Virus record (IMG/VR): IMGVR_UViG_3300043353_000072
Coordinates: 1-56,618 of that record
Reading direction: 5' to 3' (one strand)
Source: a virus
Taxonomy: Duplodnaviria > Caudoviricetes
Length of the DNA stretch: 56,618 nt
The translations under genes were made by a program, and so were the position numbers. A model generated the notes under the pieces. It had not been told where the DNA came from, ran no database searches, and worked only from the letters and a program-made list of their open reading frames with translations. Shown here one piece after another: positions 26,574-35,842 of this stretch (position 1 is the first letter of the stretch; each line of letters starts with the position of its first letter).

Positions 26574-27176
26574 ATGGGGACATTGAGTTTGCCCGGGCAT
26601 CTGGTCCGGGAAGCGTTGGCGGCGCACCCGAAGCTGGCGAAACCGGAACCGGAGCCAGAGCCAATACCGGAGCCCGCACCCGATCCCGAGCCAATACCGG
26701 AGCCAGCGCCGGAACCAGAGCCGGAGCCCCAGGCGGCGTCGGTCGTGCCGGCCCAGGTGCCGTTCCGGAATTCAAGGCAGAGGTTCCGGGCCAGGAAACG
26801 CGCGGAACGGGCAATCGCGAGGCGGCAGGCGTGGCGGGAGCGGGTGCACGAATTGTCGGACCTGGAAGCCACCTTGCGCGCCACCTGGCCCGAGGCCTTC
26901 ACGCGACCGGGGAAGCCGCTGGTGGTGGGCGTGCATCGGAAGATCGCGACGGAACTGGAATGCGACGTGGAATTACTGTCGTTGTTCCTCGGGCGGTGGG
27001 TACGCTCCCCCGGCTATATGGCCGCGACGGCGGCCGGGCATCCGCGGATCAACCTGGATGGCAGCGTCGTTGAGGCGGAATCATTGGCGATTCGCGGGGA
27101 CCTGCGGGCAGGCGATTTGCCGCTCGATGAGGCCCCGCAGGTGGCCCAGTTCCCGCTCGTTGAGGTCGAGTCGTAG
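26574..27176 (+). CDS. ProQ/FinO-domain RNA chaperone with EP-repeat linker
   Basis: WPEAF...KPLVVGVH..I...LGRWVRSPGY...G.PRINLDG. Confidence 0.8.
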   Translation: MGTLSLPGHLVREALAAHPKLAKPEPEPEPIPEPAPDPEPIPEPAPEPEPEPQAASVVPAQVPFRNSRQRFRARKRAERAIARRQAWRERVHELSDLEATLRATWPEAFTRPGKPLVVGVHRKIATELECDVELLSLFLGRWVRSPGYMAATAAGHPRINLDGSVVEAESLAIRGDLRAGDLPLDEAPQVAQFPLVEVES

Positions 27177-27371
27177 CTGGATGGTGCGGCCCGGCATGAG
27201 GCCCGCCTTGGTGGTTTCCACGTCCACCCGCATGTTCTCCATCGACGCCGTGAGCGCGGCCAGGGTGTGGCTGTTCTGCCAGGCCAGCGTGACCAGCCCG
27301 CCCAGCGCCAAGGGGATCAACCCGAGGATGACCCGGGTCCAGTCCAGCCGCGGGCCTCCGGGTGCCTCCAT
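27081..27371 (-). CDS. small membrane/coiled-coil protein (holin-like?)
   Basis: One N-terminal TM segment; last gene of the late operon. Confidence 0.45.
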   Translation of the reverse strand: MEAPGGPRLDWTRVILGLIPLALGGLVTLAWQNSHTLAALTASMENMRVDVETTKAGLMPGRTIQLRLDLNERELGHLRGLIERQIACPQVPANRQ

Positions 27372-27377
27372 GGCGCG

Positions 27378-27608
27378 TCAGCAGGCCTGGGTGTCGGGGT
27401 GCGGGTCCGCGCCGTTGGCCTTGGCGGGGACCTCCGCCGCCGGCGCCGGTGCCGGCATGGCCGGCGCCTGCTCGGCCGCGCGGGCCTGGGCGCCGATTTC
27501 CGCGATAAGTGGCGCCGCCACCCGGTAGGCCACGTCGTGCAGGATGGTGACGATCTGGTTCCACTGTTGCGCCTGCAGTCGGATTGAAAAGCTGTCGGTC
27601 GGTTCCAT
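27378..27608 (-). CDS. small protein, possible fibre chaperone
   Basis: MEPTDSF...AYRVAAPLIAEI, following the fibre gene. Confidence 0.55.
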   Translation of the reverse strand: MEPTDSFSIRLQAQQWNQIVTILHDVAYRVAAPLIAEIGAQARAAEQAPAMPAPAPAAEVPAKANGADPHPDTQAC

Positions 27609-27619
27609 GACTTCCTCCG

Positions 27620-29002
27620 TTACACGCCCGCGACAGGCAGCCAGGACGTGCCGCCCTGGCCGATGTAAATCCGGGTGCCCACTCCGCCATCGTTGCGCAG
27701 ATAAACCGAGCCGGATGGCATGCTGGCGGTGGGCGCGCCCGCGCCGACGCTGAGGGACGGGCCGGTGACGGCGAATTGCAGCGCGCCCGCATCCGTGAGG
27801 CGCATCCGCTCGCTCACGAGTACGGATGGAGCCGAGCCGATCGGTGCGGTGTGGAAACTGATGTACGCGCCCTGCGCTGTGTCCGTGAAATTCTCGGCCG
27901 CGCTGAAAGCGATCCTCGCGCGCTCGTTGCCCGAGAAGCCCGCCGGGCTGGAACCGTAGGCGCGAAACGCCATGAACGTGTCGTTGAGCACCGAAGCCGT
28001 TCCGGGATAGAGGCCAGTCGCGCGCCGCCCGTCGAAAAAGACTGAACCGCCATAGGCGTCGTGCACCAGCCGCACATTGCCGCCATTGCCCGCGATATAC
28101 GTTACGGTCGCGTTGGGGAGCGTGGGAACTCCCGGCCAAGGATTGACCCCGTTCCGAGACAGCAACACGAGCGGCGCGGTCGTGTTGGTGGCGATCAGCG
28201 TCGGGAGAACCAGCCCACCCGTGCCGGATGCCGCGAGCGTCGCGGGATCGGCGGCGGTCAAGCCAGGGGTCAGCGACACCACGTTGCTGGTGCCCGTCAG
28301 GCCGACCCGGAGCACACCCGCGTCCGTGATCCGCGCCCGCTCGATGCCGCCCCCAATCGAACCAATGGGAGCCGTGGAGAATGCGATATAAGAACCCGCC
28401 GCCGTATCGGTGAATGTCTCCGCCGCATACAGGGCGAAATAGCCTCGCGCGTTCGCGAGGTAGCCAGTCGTGCCCCGCCCGTAAGCCTGGATGCCGGCCA
28501 ATACCTGATCCGCGAGAACCGGGGTCGGCGCGGCGGCGGTGCCCCCGGCTCGGCGGCCCGTGAAGAAAGGATTTCCGTTGATGGCGTCGATAACGGCCCG
28601 CGCGTTTCCGCCCGCCGTGCTGAACACGACGAAATTCGAGCCGCCGATATAGGATGCCGGGACAGCCCCCGCCGCGTTCGTGACAACCAGGGGATTCGTC
28701 CCGCCCGTCACCGCTATCGGGCCTGTCATCGTGCCGCCCGCGAGCGGCAGATACGCGCCCAGCCCCGCGTCGACGTACTGCTTGGTGGCCGCCTGTAGCG
28801 CCGAGATGGGATCGCCGGCCAGCCGGAGGGCGCCGGTCAGCGTGCCGCCCGTGAGAGGCAGGTATGGCGCGCCGCCGCCGGCCACCGCGTCCATGGCCGA
28901 CTGCAGCGCCTCGATCTCACTCTTGGCCGCGGCGAAGTTGTCCCGGACTGACTGGGTGGTGGGCTCGCCTTCAACGGGCTTGGTCGGATCAATGAACGAC
29001 AT
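27620..29002 (-). CDS. tail fibre/receptor-binding-like protein
   Basis: YLPL.GGT.TG repeats, AATKQYVD, two internal AAE.FTDTA.G.YI.F.TAPIGS..ER.R.TDAG repeats. Confidence 0.7.
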   Translation of the reverse strand: MSFIDPTKPVEGEPTTQSVRDNFAAAKSEIEALQSAMDAVAGGGAPYLPLTGGTLTGALRLAGDPISALQAATKQYVDAGLGAYLPLAGGTMTGPIAVTGGTNPLVVTNAAGAVPASYIGGSNFVVFSTAGGNARAVIDAINGNPFFTGRRAGGTAAAPTPVLADQVLAGIQAYGRGTTGYLANARGYFALYAAETFTDTAAGSYIAFSTAPIGSIGGGIERARITDAGVLRVGLTGTSNVVSLTPGLTAADPATLAASGTGGLVLPTLIATNTTAPLVLLSRNGVNPWPGVPTLPNATVTYIAGNGGNVRLVHDAYGGSVFFDGRRATGLYPGTASVLNDTFMAFRAYGSSPAGFSGNERARIAFSAAENFTDTAQGAYISFHTAPIGSAPSVLVSERMRLTDAGALQFAVTGPSLSVGAGAPTASMPSGSVYLRNDGGVGTRIYIGQGGTSWLPVAGV

Positions 29003-29014
29003 GGCGGCCTCCGA

Positions 29015-31213
29015 TCATACCCAGATGACGCGGCTGTTCGGCGTCTCGATGCCACTCAGCGCCAGCACGTTCCAGGCGGCGCCAATGAGGCAGGGGAACG
29101 TCTCGATGGGCTGAGTCGGGTCCCGTTTCAGCGTGTATTTGTAGGACCCGTCTGGCAGTTGTCCCCGGGCCATGGTCGCGATCAGCCCGTTGGCGCGTTT
29201 CGGATCGGCGTTGCGGAGCGCCAGGACCATGCCGAACGATCCTTCACACCACGGGCTCATGACGACGCCCGGGTAGCCGTCCTCGGGGATGAACGTGCAG
29301 AAGCCGGACAGGTGAACGTCGCTGTCGGTGACATAGTATTTCGCATAGGCGCGGGCGATGGCGGTGTCCCGGTCCGCCGGCCTGCCCCACTTTTCCAGAA
29401 GCACGCCGCCCCACGAATGCATATCAAGCGCGTGGCTCCCGTCATTGTCGGTGTCGACGGTGTGGCCTCCGCCCTGCCAGAATATCCCGTCCACCAGATC
29501 CCAGCCGTAGGACAGCAGCCCCGCCTTCACGCCGTCCGCGTACCAGCGCCAGTTGAAATCCACGGAGCCGTACAGCGTGTCCGCTAGGTCGAGACACCAC
29601 CAGCAGTCGATATTGTGTTCCGTGCTCCACCATGGGGTGGTGCCGCTCGGGTCGATGCCGCCCTTGAAAAGTCCAATGCTGTTCAGCGTGTTGTAGACGA
29701 TCCACTTCAACGCGTCGGTGGCGGCCGTGGTGGTGCGCGTGGTCCAGCGCCCACGGTAGGCCGGCTGATCCGCGATCAACAGCGCGTAGACCACCCATGC
29801 GATGGCGCCAGTGCGCAACAGCGAATAATCGTTGCCGCCCATAATGAACTGGTTCTTGGCGAAGGGGAACGATCCGCCATCGTTTTGGGTCAGCAGCAGC
29901 GCGTCGATGAGGGATTGCGCCGCCGCCCACTCGCCTTGTTGCAGCAGCGCGATGAGCATCACCGCCTGGTCGTACAGCGCGCATGCGTCCAGGAACGTGT
30001 CGTAATAAACGCCAGTGGTGGTCTGGCCGAAGTCGGACGCTGGCACGTTGTAGGACCGCGCGAGCCCGGTGCGCATGGAGTGCTCCCCGAGCACCTTGCG
30101 GGTGTTCATGTCCACGAGCCGGACCCTGCCCACGGTGTTCTGGGTGTGGGCCACTGACCAGGAAAGGTCACGTTTGGCCGCCTGCGTGCGCGTTGGAAAA
30201 CTCGGGATGGTCGTATCGATTGAGAAATACTCCACCCGCAGGTCCGGAAACGCGGAGGCGTCGGCCGCGTTGGCCTGGTTCCACGCCGGACCGATGGCGC
30301 GGATCGGCGCGTGGGACGTGTCACCGATCTCGATAAGGCGCAGCGTCAGCGTGCCGGTGAACGTCAGGTCGTGCGGCACCTCGAAGTGGTTGCCCACGAC
30401 ATCGGCCATCAGTTGCACATACTCAACGTCCTGTTCTTCCGTCAGGATCACGCGATAATGGCAGCCGGCCACGGGAGTCCACCGCGCCGGGTCCAGGTCG
30501 CCCGACAGCAGGTTGTGCGGTCCGGAGGGGACATTGGAGACGTTGAGGAACAGCGGCGCGGCCGGTGCCCAATAGCGGCCGTTCCAGTAGCGGCGGATGT
30601 CGCCGCCGTGGTCCGTCTGGTTCCAGGGGTTGCCGATCAGCCGGCGGTTGGTGTCCGCGGCGTCGTCGGCCTGGGTGTTATAGGTCGCCAGTTGGAATGA
30701 CCAGCCGGTGCCCGCCGGCGGAGCGGCCACCACGGCCGACCATGAGCGGTTGGCCGCCACCCGGGCGCGGAACTGGGTGGCGCCGCCGCGGGACCCGATG
30801 ACGTAGTACGTGCCCCAGTTGTTCGCCGTCTCGTTGCCATTGTAGGCGGAGGCCGGATCAATGCCGTTGGCCGGGTCGCCGCCGATGTATCTTATGCCGG
30901 CGAAGCCTTCCAGGGAGCCCCATGGCGCGTCCACCAGCCCGGTGAAGGTCACTTCCTGGCCGGCGATGATGGGAAACCAGACGGGACCCTGCAACATGAC
31001 CGGGGTGTCCAGCAGCCCGGCGTTGATGGTGTTGTCGGGCATGGTCCAGGTGCCCGCCCAGGTGCCGGCCGAGGGCCGCAGGAACGCGGGATCGTTCGGT
31101 GTAAGGGACGATGACGGGTAGACCGCGCGCGGCGTCTGCATGCCCTTGGCGAAGGCCAGGGAACGGTCCGCCGAGGCTTTGACCATGGCGGCCACGCTGG
31201 CGGCGGATGTCAT
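29015..31213 (-). CDS. large tail-region protein with C-terminal six-hairpin glycosidase-like domain
   Basis: YDQA, STEHNID, LDMHSWG and WCEGS motifs in a helical C-half. Confidence 0.55.
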   Translation of the reverse strand: MTSAASVAAMVKASADRSLAFAKGMQTPRAVYPSSSLTPNDPAFLRPSAGTWAGTWTMPDNTINAGLLDTPVMLQGPVWFPIIAGQEVTFTGLVDAPWGSLEGFAGIRYIGGDPANGIDPASAYNGNETANNWGTYYVIGSRGGATQFRARVAANRSWSAVVAAPPAGTGWSFQLATYNTQADDAADTNRRLIGNPWNQTDHGGDIRRYWNGRYWAPAAPLFLNVSNVPSGPHNLLSGDLDPARWTPVAGCHYRVILTEEQDVEYVQLMADVVGNHFEVPHDLTFTGTLTLRLIEIGDTSHAPIRAIGPAWNQANAADASAFPDLRVEYFSIDTTIPSFPTRTQAAKRDLSWSVAHTQNTVGRVRLVDMNTRKVLGEHSMRTGLARSYNVPASDFGQTTTGVYYDTFLDACALYDQAVMLIALLQQGEWAAAQSLIDALLLTQNDGGSFPFAKNQFIMGGNDYSLLRTGAIAWVVYALLIADQPAYRGRWTTRTTTAATDALKWIVYNTLNSIGLFKGGIDPSGTTPWWSTEHNIDCWWCLDLADTLYGSVDFNWRWYADGVKAGLLSYGWDLVDGIFWQGGGHTVDTDNDGSHALDMHSWGGVLLEKWGRPADRDTAIARAYAKYYVTDSDVHLSGFCTFIPEDGYPGVVMSPWCEGSFGMVLALRNADPKRANGLIATMARGQLPDGSYKYTLKRDPTQPIETFPCLIGAAWNVLALSGIETPNSRVIWV

Positions 31214-31629
31214 GCCGGGACGTTCTGGGCGGTCAGCCAGACCAGCACGCGGGACCCGTCCGCCCGCAGCTCATACACGTCCTTTCGTCCGGCGGCCGAG
31301 GTGGGCACGGGCGCGCCCGTCACCAGGGTCCAGGCTCCCCAGTTCACGGTCCGCGCGGTGCCGTCCGCGATCAGTTCCAGTTGCCGCGTGGTGACGCCGC
31401 CGGCCGGGACGCCGGCCAGGGACAGCGCCACGATGTTCGCGCTGAAATTCACGCGGAACACGCCGCCGGTGGTGACATCCAGCACGAGCGTCCCGGCGAC
31501 TATCCCGGGGGTGGCGATGGCCGGCGTCTGTAGCGCGCCAATCTCCGCCTTGGCCGCGGCGAAGTTGTCCCGCACGGATTGCGTGGTCGGGTCGCCTTCA
31601 ACGGGCTTGGTCGGGTCGATGTTGGACAT
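31210..31629 (-). CDS. short fibre-like protein
   Basis: N-terminus nearly identical to that of 27620..29002. Confidence 0.7.
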   Translation of the reverse strand: MSNIDPTKPVEGDPTTQSVRDNFAAAKAEIGALQTPAIATPGIVAGTLVLDVTTGGVFRVNFSANIVALSLAGVPAGGVTTRQLELIADGTARTVNWGAWTLVTGAPVPTSAAGRKDVYELRADGSRVLVWLTAQNVPA

Positions 31630-32219
31630 CAGGGTATCGTGATTTCCATGGACGGCCACGCCGGCGTCCCGCCGCCGTCCAGCACGAGGCCCTGGGCATC
31701 GAGCGTGGCGCGAACGTCGGCCTGGGCCAGATAGAGCGCCGTCACCTGCTCGGGCGTCAGATCGTGCCGCGTGCCGTCGATGTCGGCATAGGGCACCGTC
31801 GCCGCCGCGCTCCGCGCACCGCGCGTCGTGCCGGTCGGCGGCACCGTCGAGTCGGGCAGGCCGAGGCCGCTGGCCACGTCGCGGGCGTACGAGCCGAGCA
31901 GCGCGACGGCGGCATTGTCGAGCGGATAGGTGGCGCTCGCCGCTGGTGTCCCGGTCGAGGTCGCGATGAGGCCCTGTGCGATGCGGACCTGCTGTTCTTG
32001 CCAGCCGTTGAGCGGCGGCGGCGGCGGTGGCGCGAGTAGAGTCCAGACGCCGCCGGTATCCGTCGCCGTCCAGCCGACCTGGGCCGGCGGGTCCAGGTCC
32101 GTGACGTCCACCGTGGGGAACTGATCCTCGTTCCATTCCGGCAGTTGCGTGATGTCGAACAGCCAGGCCACCAGCCCGCCCGCGATGTGAGCATAGATAT
32201 GCCCGTCCACAGCTTGCAT
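31629..32219 (-). CDS. tail fibre assembly-like protein
   Basis: Follows the fibre gene; P.QVGW motif. Confidence 0.55.
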   Translation of the reverse strand: MQAVDGHIYAHIAGGLVAWLFDITQLPEWNEDQFPTVDVTDLDPPAQVGWTATDTGGVWTLLAPPPPPPLNGWQEQQVRIAQGLIATSTGTPAASATYPLDNAAVALLGSYARDVASGLGLPDSTVPPTGTTRGARSAAATVPYADIDGTRHDLTPEQVTALYLAQADVRATLDAQGLVLDGGGTPAWPSMEITIP

Positions 32220-32220
32220 C

Positions 32221-33084
32221 TTACCACTCCACCAGCAGAAAACCGTTGACGCCCGCGAGGCCGTTGGCGGGGTTCGGCGTCGTGCCCGATCCAAAGTTCG
32301 CGAAGCCGCCCCTGCCGCCGCCGCCTATGACGCCGAAGGCGGTCAGCCCCCCGGCCCCACCGTTGAAGCCGGAGTTCTGCATCTGCGGCAAAGTCGAGCC
32401 CTGCCCTTCCGTGCCGTTTTGACCACCGAAGGTGCCCACGGCCGGTGCGCCACCGTCGCCCCCACCGCCGGTAGAGCCGGTGCCGGGAATGGTGTTGCCA
32501 CCGCCGCCCCCCTGACCACCCGGCAGGGTCAGCAACGACCCGAAGCTGGTCGCCCCACCCGCGAGGCCCGGCCCCGCGTAGATCGAGCCTGACGTCGTGC
32601 CGCTCCCACCCGCACCGCCGAGCCCGACCGAGACCGGAATAACGGCACCGGGTGTGACGTTGACCAGCAGGTTGAGGCATGACGCCCCGGACCCGCCGCC
32701 ACCACCGGAGAACAGGTTGCCGCTGCCACTCGCGCTGCCGCCGCCACCGCCCGCACCGCCCGCCGCGCCGCTCAATCGAACCTTTGTCACCCACCCTGGG
32801 ACGGGAAATGAGCCGTTGGCGCCGAACACCTGACGGAAGCCGAGGCGCATGGTCCGCAGCGCCTCTAGCACCTGGGTAAAATTGGTCCCCGTGGTGTCCG
32901 GAGCGATGCCGGCCGCCGCCAGCAGGTTCATGAGTTCCTCTTGCATCATGTTCGCCCACCACGCCTTGACGATGGTGGGCAGCGCGATGCCGGGACTGCC
33001 GGGAGTGAAGAAGCCCACGGGACCGGACAGGGCAGGCGTCGATGGCAATGACGGAGAGGCGGTCGAGTCCTGGATGCGTTGCAT
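32221..33084 (-). CDS. glycine-rich tail fibre protein
   Basis: Mu-like N-terminus (WANMMQEEL...QVLEAL), F.VP.WVT, GGG repeats. Confidence 0.8.
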   Translation of the reverse strand: MQRIQDSTASPSLPSTPALSGPVGFFTPGSPGIALPTIVKAWWANMMQEELMNLLAAAGIAPDTTGTNFTQVLEALRTMRLGFRQVFGANGSFPVPGWVTKVRLSGAAGGAGGGGGSASGSGNLFSGGGGGSGASCLNLLVNVTPGAVIPVSVGLGGAGGSGTTSGSIYAGPGLAGGATSFGSLLTLPGGQGGGGGNTIPGTGSTGGGGDGGAPAVGTFGGQNGTEGQGSTLPQMQNSGFNGGAGGLTAFGVIGGGGRGGFANFGSGTTPNPANGLAGVNGFLLVEW

Positions 33085-33098
33085 GGCGTTTCCTTGCG

Positions 33099-33806
33099 TC
33101 AGTCCGCGCCGTCGTCCGGCGCCTGATCCCAGATGGAGGCGCCGGAATCCCAGATGCTGGCGCCGTTGTCCCAGTCCGACTCGTCCGCGATGTCCCAGAT
33201 GATTACCGTGTGCGCGGGCTTTAACTTCGCGAAAAGGCAGAGCAACTGGTCATGACTGTAGGCTTCCAGTGGTTCTTCGACCGTGCTCACGTCGACCCGG
33301 AAGTAGGTGATGTGCGGGCCGCCGGCGACGGTGATGCGCCATGCGAACATCCAGGACTCGTCGTAAAGCGGTTGCTCCACCGTGTTCGTTTCGACGCGGA
33401 AGGGTTCGAACGTCTCGATGGTGATGCTGTAGCCAAGCGCGGCGGCCAGTTCGATGAAGTATTGTTCGGAAGACCCGCCGGTGGCGGCCAGGGCGGCGCA
33501 GACGGCGATGCGCCGCTGTTGCAGGGTGGCAAGCGGTCCGGTGCACGGGTCCGGCAGGCCGCAGATGCGCTCCCAGTCCTCAATCGACTCAGTAGCGCCG
33601 CACGGGTAGGCCTCGGCCAGCAGGTCGCAGTTGCGATCCGTCCAGCGCGCCCATTCCTCCGCCAGCCCGCGCATGGCCAGCATGATGGTGGCGTCCGGGT
33701 CGCGCGGCCACGCCGCGCCGCGTGGCAGCAGGTCCGCGAGCACCCGGGCATAGTCGTCCCCGGTCAGTCCGCAGAGCGGCTGATTGTCCAGTGTGACGGC
33801 CGCCAT
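33099..33806 (-). CDS. baseplate protein, DUF2313/Mu gp48-like
   Basis: LLPRGAAW, WERICGLPD, KPAHT. Confidence 0.85.
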   Translation of the reverse strand: MAAVTLDNQPLCGLTGDDYARVLADLLPRGAAWPRDPDATIMLAMRGLAEEWARWTDRNCDLLAEAYPCGATESIEDWERICGLPDPCTGPLATLQQRRIAVCAALAATGGSSEQYFIELAAALGYSITIETFEPFRVETNTVEQPLYDESWMFAWRITVAGGPHITYFRVDVSTVEEPLEAYSHDQLLCLFAKLKPAHTVIIWDIADESDWDNGASIWDSGASIWDQAPDDGAD

Positions 33807-33809
33807 GGG

Positions 33810-34874
33810 TCAGGTGTAGGTGACGGTGCCGAGGGTCACGATATGGTTGGCGTCCGGCAGGACCGAGGCCGCCGGCGCCACCAGCCGGAACTTCTCCACC
33901 AGCGGCGCCGCGTTGATGGCACCGATGACCTGGGAAGGATAAATCTCGCCGCCGGGCATGGCCTCCCGCACCAGCATGTCCAGCAGTTCCGCGTTGATGT
34001 CGGTGCGCGTCGGCGGCGTGTCCTGGATCAGCCCGTTGATGGTGACGTCCATGGGTAGCGCCACGGGCGCCAGGACGAACAACTGGGCGGTGACCGGCTT
34101 CAACGCCTCGATGTATTCCTGCACCAGCGCCACGTCGCCGGCGGTGGGGATGCCCTGGGCGTCCGCCCGCACCACGTCCATCATGAAGCGGACCACGACC
34201 GTGCCGGGCCCGAACTCCGTGGGGAAGCACCAGGCCCGCGTCACGCCGGGGACCTCCATGGCCCACATGACATAATCGTCGGCCGTGCCGCCGTGCGGTG
34301 GCGCCTGAATGCGCGCCAGCAGCCGGGCGCGTAGTTGGTCGTCGGGCTCCACGTCCGCGCCGCCCACCAGCCCGTCCGGGATGACCACGGCGGTGGCGGA
34401 CACGCCGGGGACGGTGGTGTTCACGGTCAGTTCCGTGCCGGCGTCGGTGTCGGTGTCCGCGCCCGGGGTGGTGGCGACCACGGCGGTGTCGATGATCCCG
34501 CCGGCCTCGGAAACGCCCACGAGCACCTGGAACTGAACGCCGTCGCCCCGTTGCACGATGGTGCCGGCGGGGACCGAGGCGCCCGGGTTGGCGGCGAAGC
34601 GGACGGGTCCCGCGGCCGGTGTGGCCGGCCGCCGCTCCACGCCCCAGATGCCCGCCCAGCGGTCCAGGAACTCGCTCTCGGCGGTGTCCGGGAACAACTG
34701 ATCGAAGGACCATTGCAGCCGGCCGTAGAGCAGCCAGGCAATGCCCGCCTCCACGTCCGCGATGATCCGCAGGTTGGTGAACCGCAGCATGGCGTCGGTG
34801 CCCGGCAGGCGGCTCATGAGATCCTGCCGCACCCGCAGCCGCAGGGCGTCCAGGTCGGGCCGGTCAAACGGCAT
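33810..34874 (-). CDS. baseplate J / Mu gp47-like
   Basis: GGADVE.DD.LRAR, GG..DY..WA..VPGV.RAW. Confidence 0.9.
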   Translation of the reverse strand: MPFDRPDLDALRLRVRQDLMSRLPGTDAMLRFTNLRIIADVEAGIAWLLYGRLQWSFDQLFPDTAESEFLDRWAGIWGVERRPATPAAGPVRFAANPGASVPAGTIVQRGDGVQFQVLVGVSEAGGIIDTAVVATTPGADTDTDAGTELTVNTTVPGVSATAVVIPDGLVGGADVEPDDQLRARLLARIQAPPHGGTADDYVMWAMEVPGVTRAWCFPTEFGPGTVVVRFMMDVVRADAQGIPTAGDVALVQEYIEALKPVTAQLFVLAPVALPMDVTINGLIQDTPPTRTDINAELLDMLVREAMPGGEIYPSQVIGAINAAPLVEKFRLVAPAASVLPDANHIVTLGTVTYT

Positions 34875-34883
34875 GGCGTGTCC

Positions 34884-35351
34884 TCACGGTAGAAATTCCT
34901 GCGCCCAGGCCCAGCCGAAGATGCCCTGGAACACGCGGTCGCCGGCGCGCACGAGTTGCACGCCCATGTTGATCCGGCCCAGTTCGGCCATCTCGGCCGC
35001 CACCAGCACCTCGTCCGCCACGCCGTCCGCCGTGACCCAGGCGAGCGCCTCGCGGGCATAGTCCTCCGCCCGCAGCCGTACCTCGTTGGTCCATTTCTCG
35101 CGGGACAGCAGCCAGAGCCGGGAGCCGATGTTCTCCGGCGGATCGTTCGACGTATCGCCCCACCAGCCGCGGCGGTCCCCGGTGGTCGGGTCCGGCAGGC
35201 GGTCGTCGGGCAGCGCCAGCCGATCCGTGAACAGCGAAATGATGATGGCGGTCCGCAGGTCCGCGTCGCTCCCCAGGTCCGGCGGGTCGATGAACCAGTC
35301 CCCGTAGAGGTGGTTCGGGTCGGGGTTCCAGCGGTGCGCGACGTCCGTCAT
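34884..35351 (-). CDS. Mu gp46-like baseplate protein
   Basis: ISLFTDR, RGWWGD, GSRLWLL.REK. Confidence 0.9.
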   Translation of the reverse strand: MTDVAHRWNPDPNHLYGDWFIDPPDLGSDADLRTAIIISLFTDRLALPDDRLPDPTTGDRRGWWGDTSNDPPENIGSRLWLLSREKWTNEVRLRAEDYAREALAWVTADGVADEVLVAAEMAELGRINMGVQLVRAGDRVFQGIFGWAWAQEFLP

Positions 35352-35842
35352 GGCGTGGGCAGCGGCACACCCGATTGGCCGCCTCCGGGCTGGGTGTCTT
35401 TGTGCCGGTGATGCATCAGGCTGATCTTGGTGCCGTCGCAGTCCGCGATGACGTCCCCCGTCACCAGCACGCCACCCGGCGCCGTGATCTTCACCTGGGT
35501 GGTCTGAATCTCGATGCGCCGGCCGCGCTTGAGGATGATGGTATCGCCCTCGTCCGTGTAGATCGCCACCTCGCCGCCGGCGAGACCCCGCAGGCGGACG
35601 GTCCGATGGTCCACCGCGACGATCTTGCCGTTGTCCCGGGCGCCGCCGAAGAACATCATGATGGCCTCGGCGCCGGGCAGCGGGACCGAGGAAAACCCAT
35701 AGTTCTGGAATCGTTCCACGCCCGCCTTCGCCTCGTCGTGGAGCATGCTGACGTCATGCTGCTGGACGCCATGCGCGTCGTTGGTGGCCTCCACCACGGC
35801 ATGCACCATCATGTTCATGACGCGCTCGCGGGTGTCGCTCAA
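35348..35842 (-). CDS. baseplate spike, Mu gp45-like
   Basis: QNYGFSSVP, GEVAIY, C-terminal HRH. Confidence 0.85.
   Translation of the reverse strand: MSDTRERVMNMMVHAVVEATNDAHGVQQHDVSMLHDEAKAGVERFQNYGFSSVPLPGAEAIMMFFGGARDNGKIVAVDHRTVRLRGLAGGEVAIYTDEGDTIILKRGRRIEIQTTQVKITAPGGVLVTGDVIADCDGTKISLMHHRHKDTQPGGGQSGVPLPTP

Noticed and set aside
27620-31629. Diversity-generating retroelement or invertible fibre switch
   Set aside because: The shared segment is N-terminal and direct, differences are not adenine-specific, and no reverse transcriptase or invertase is seen.
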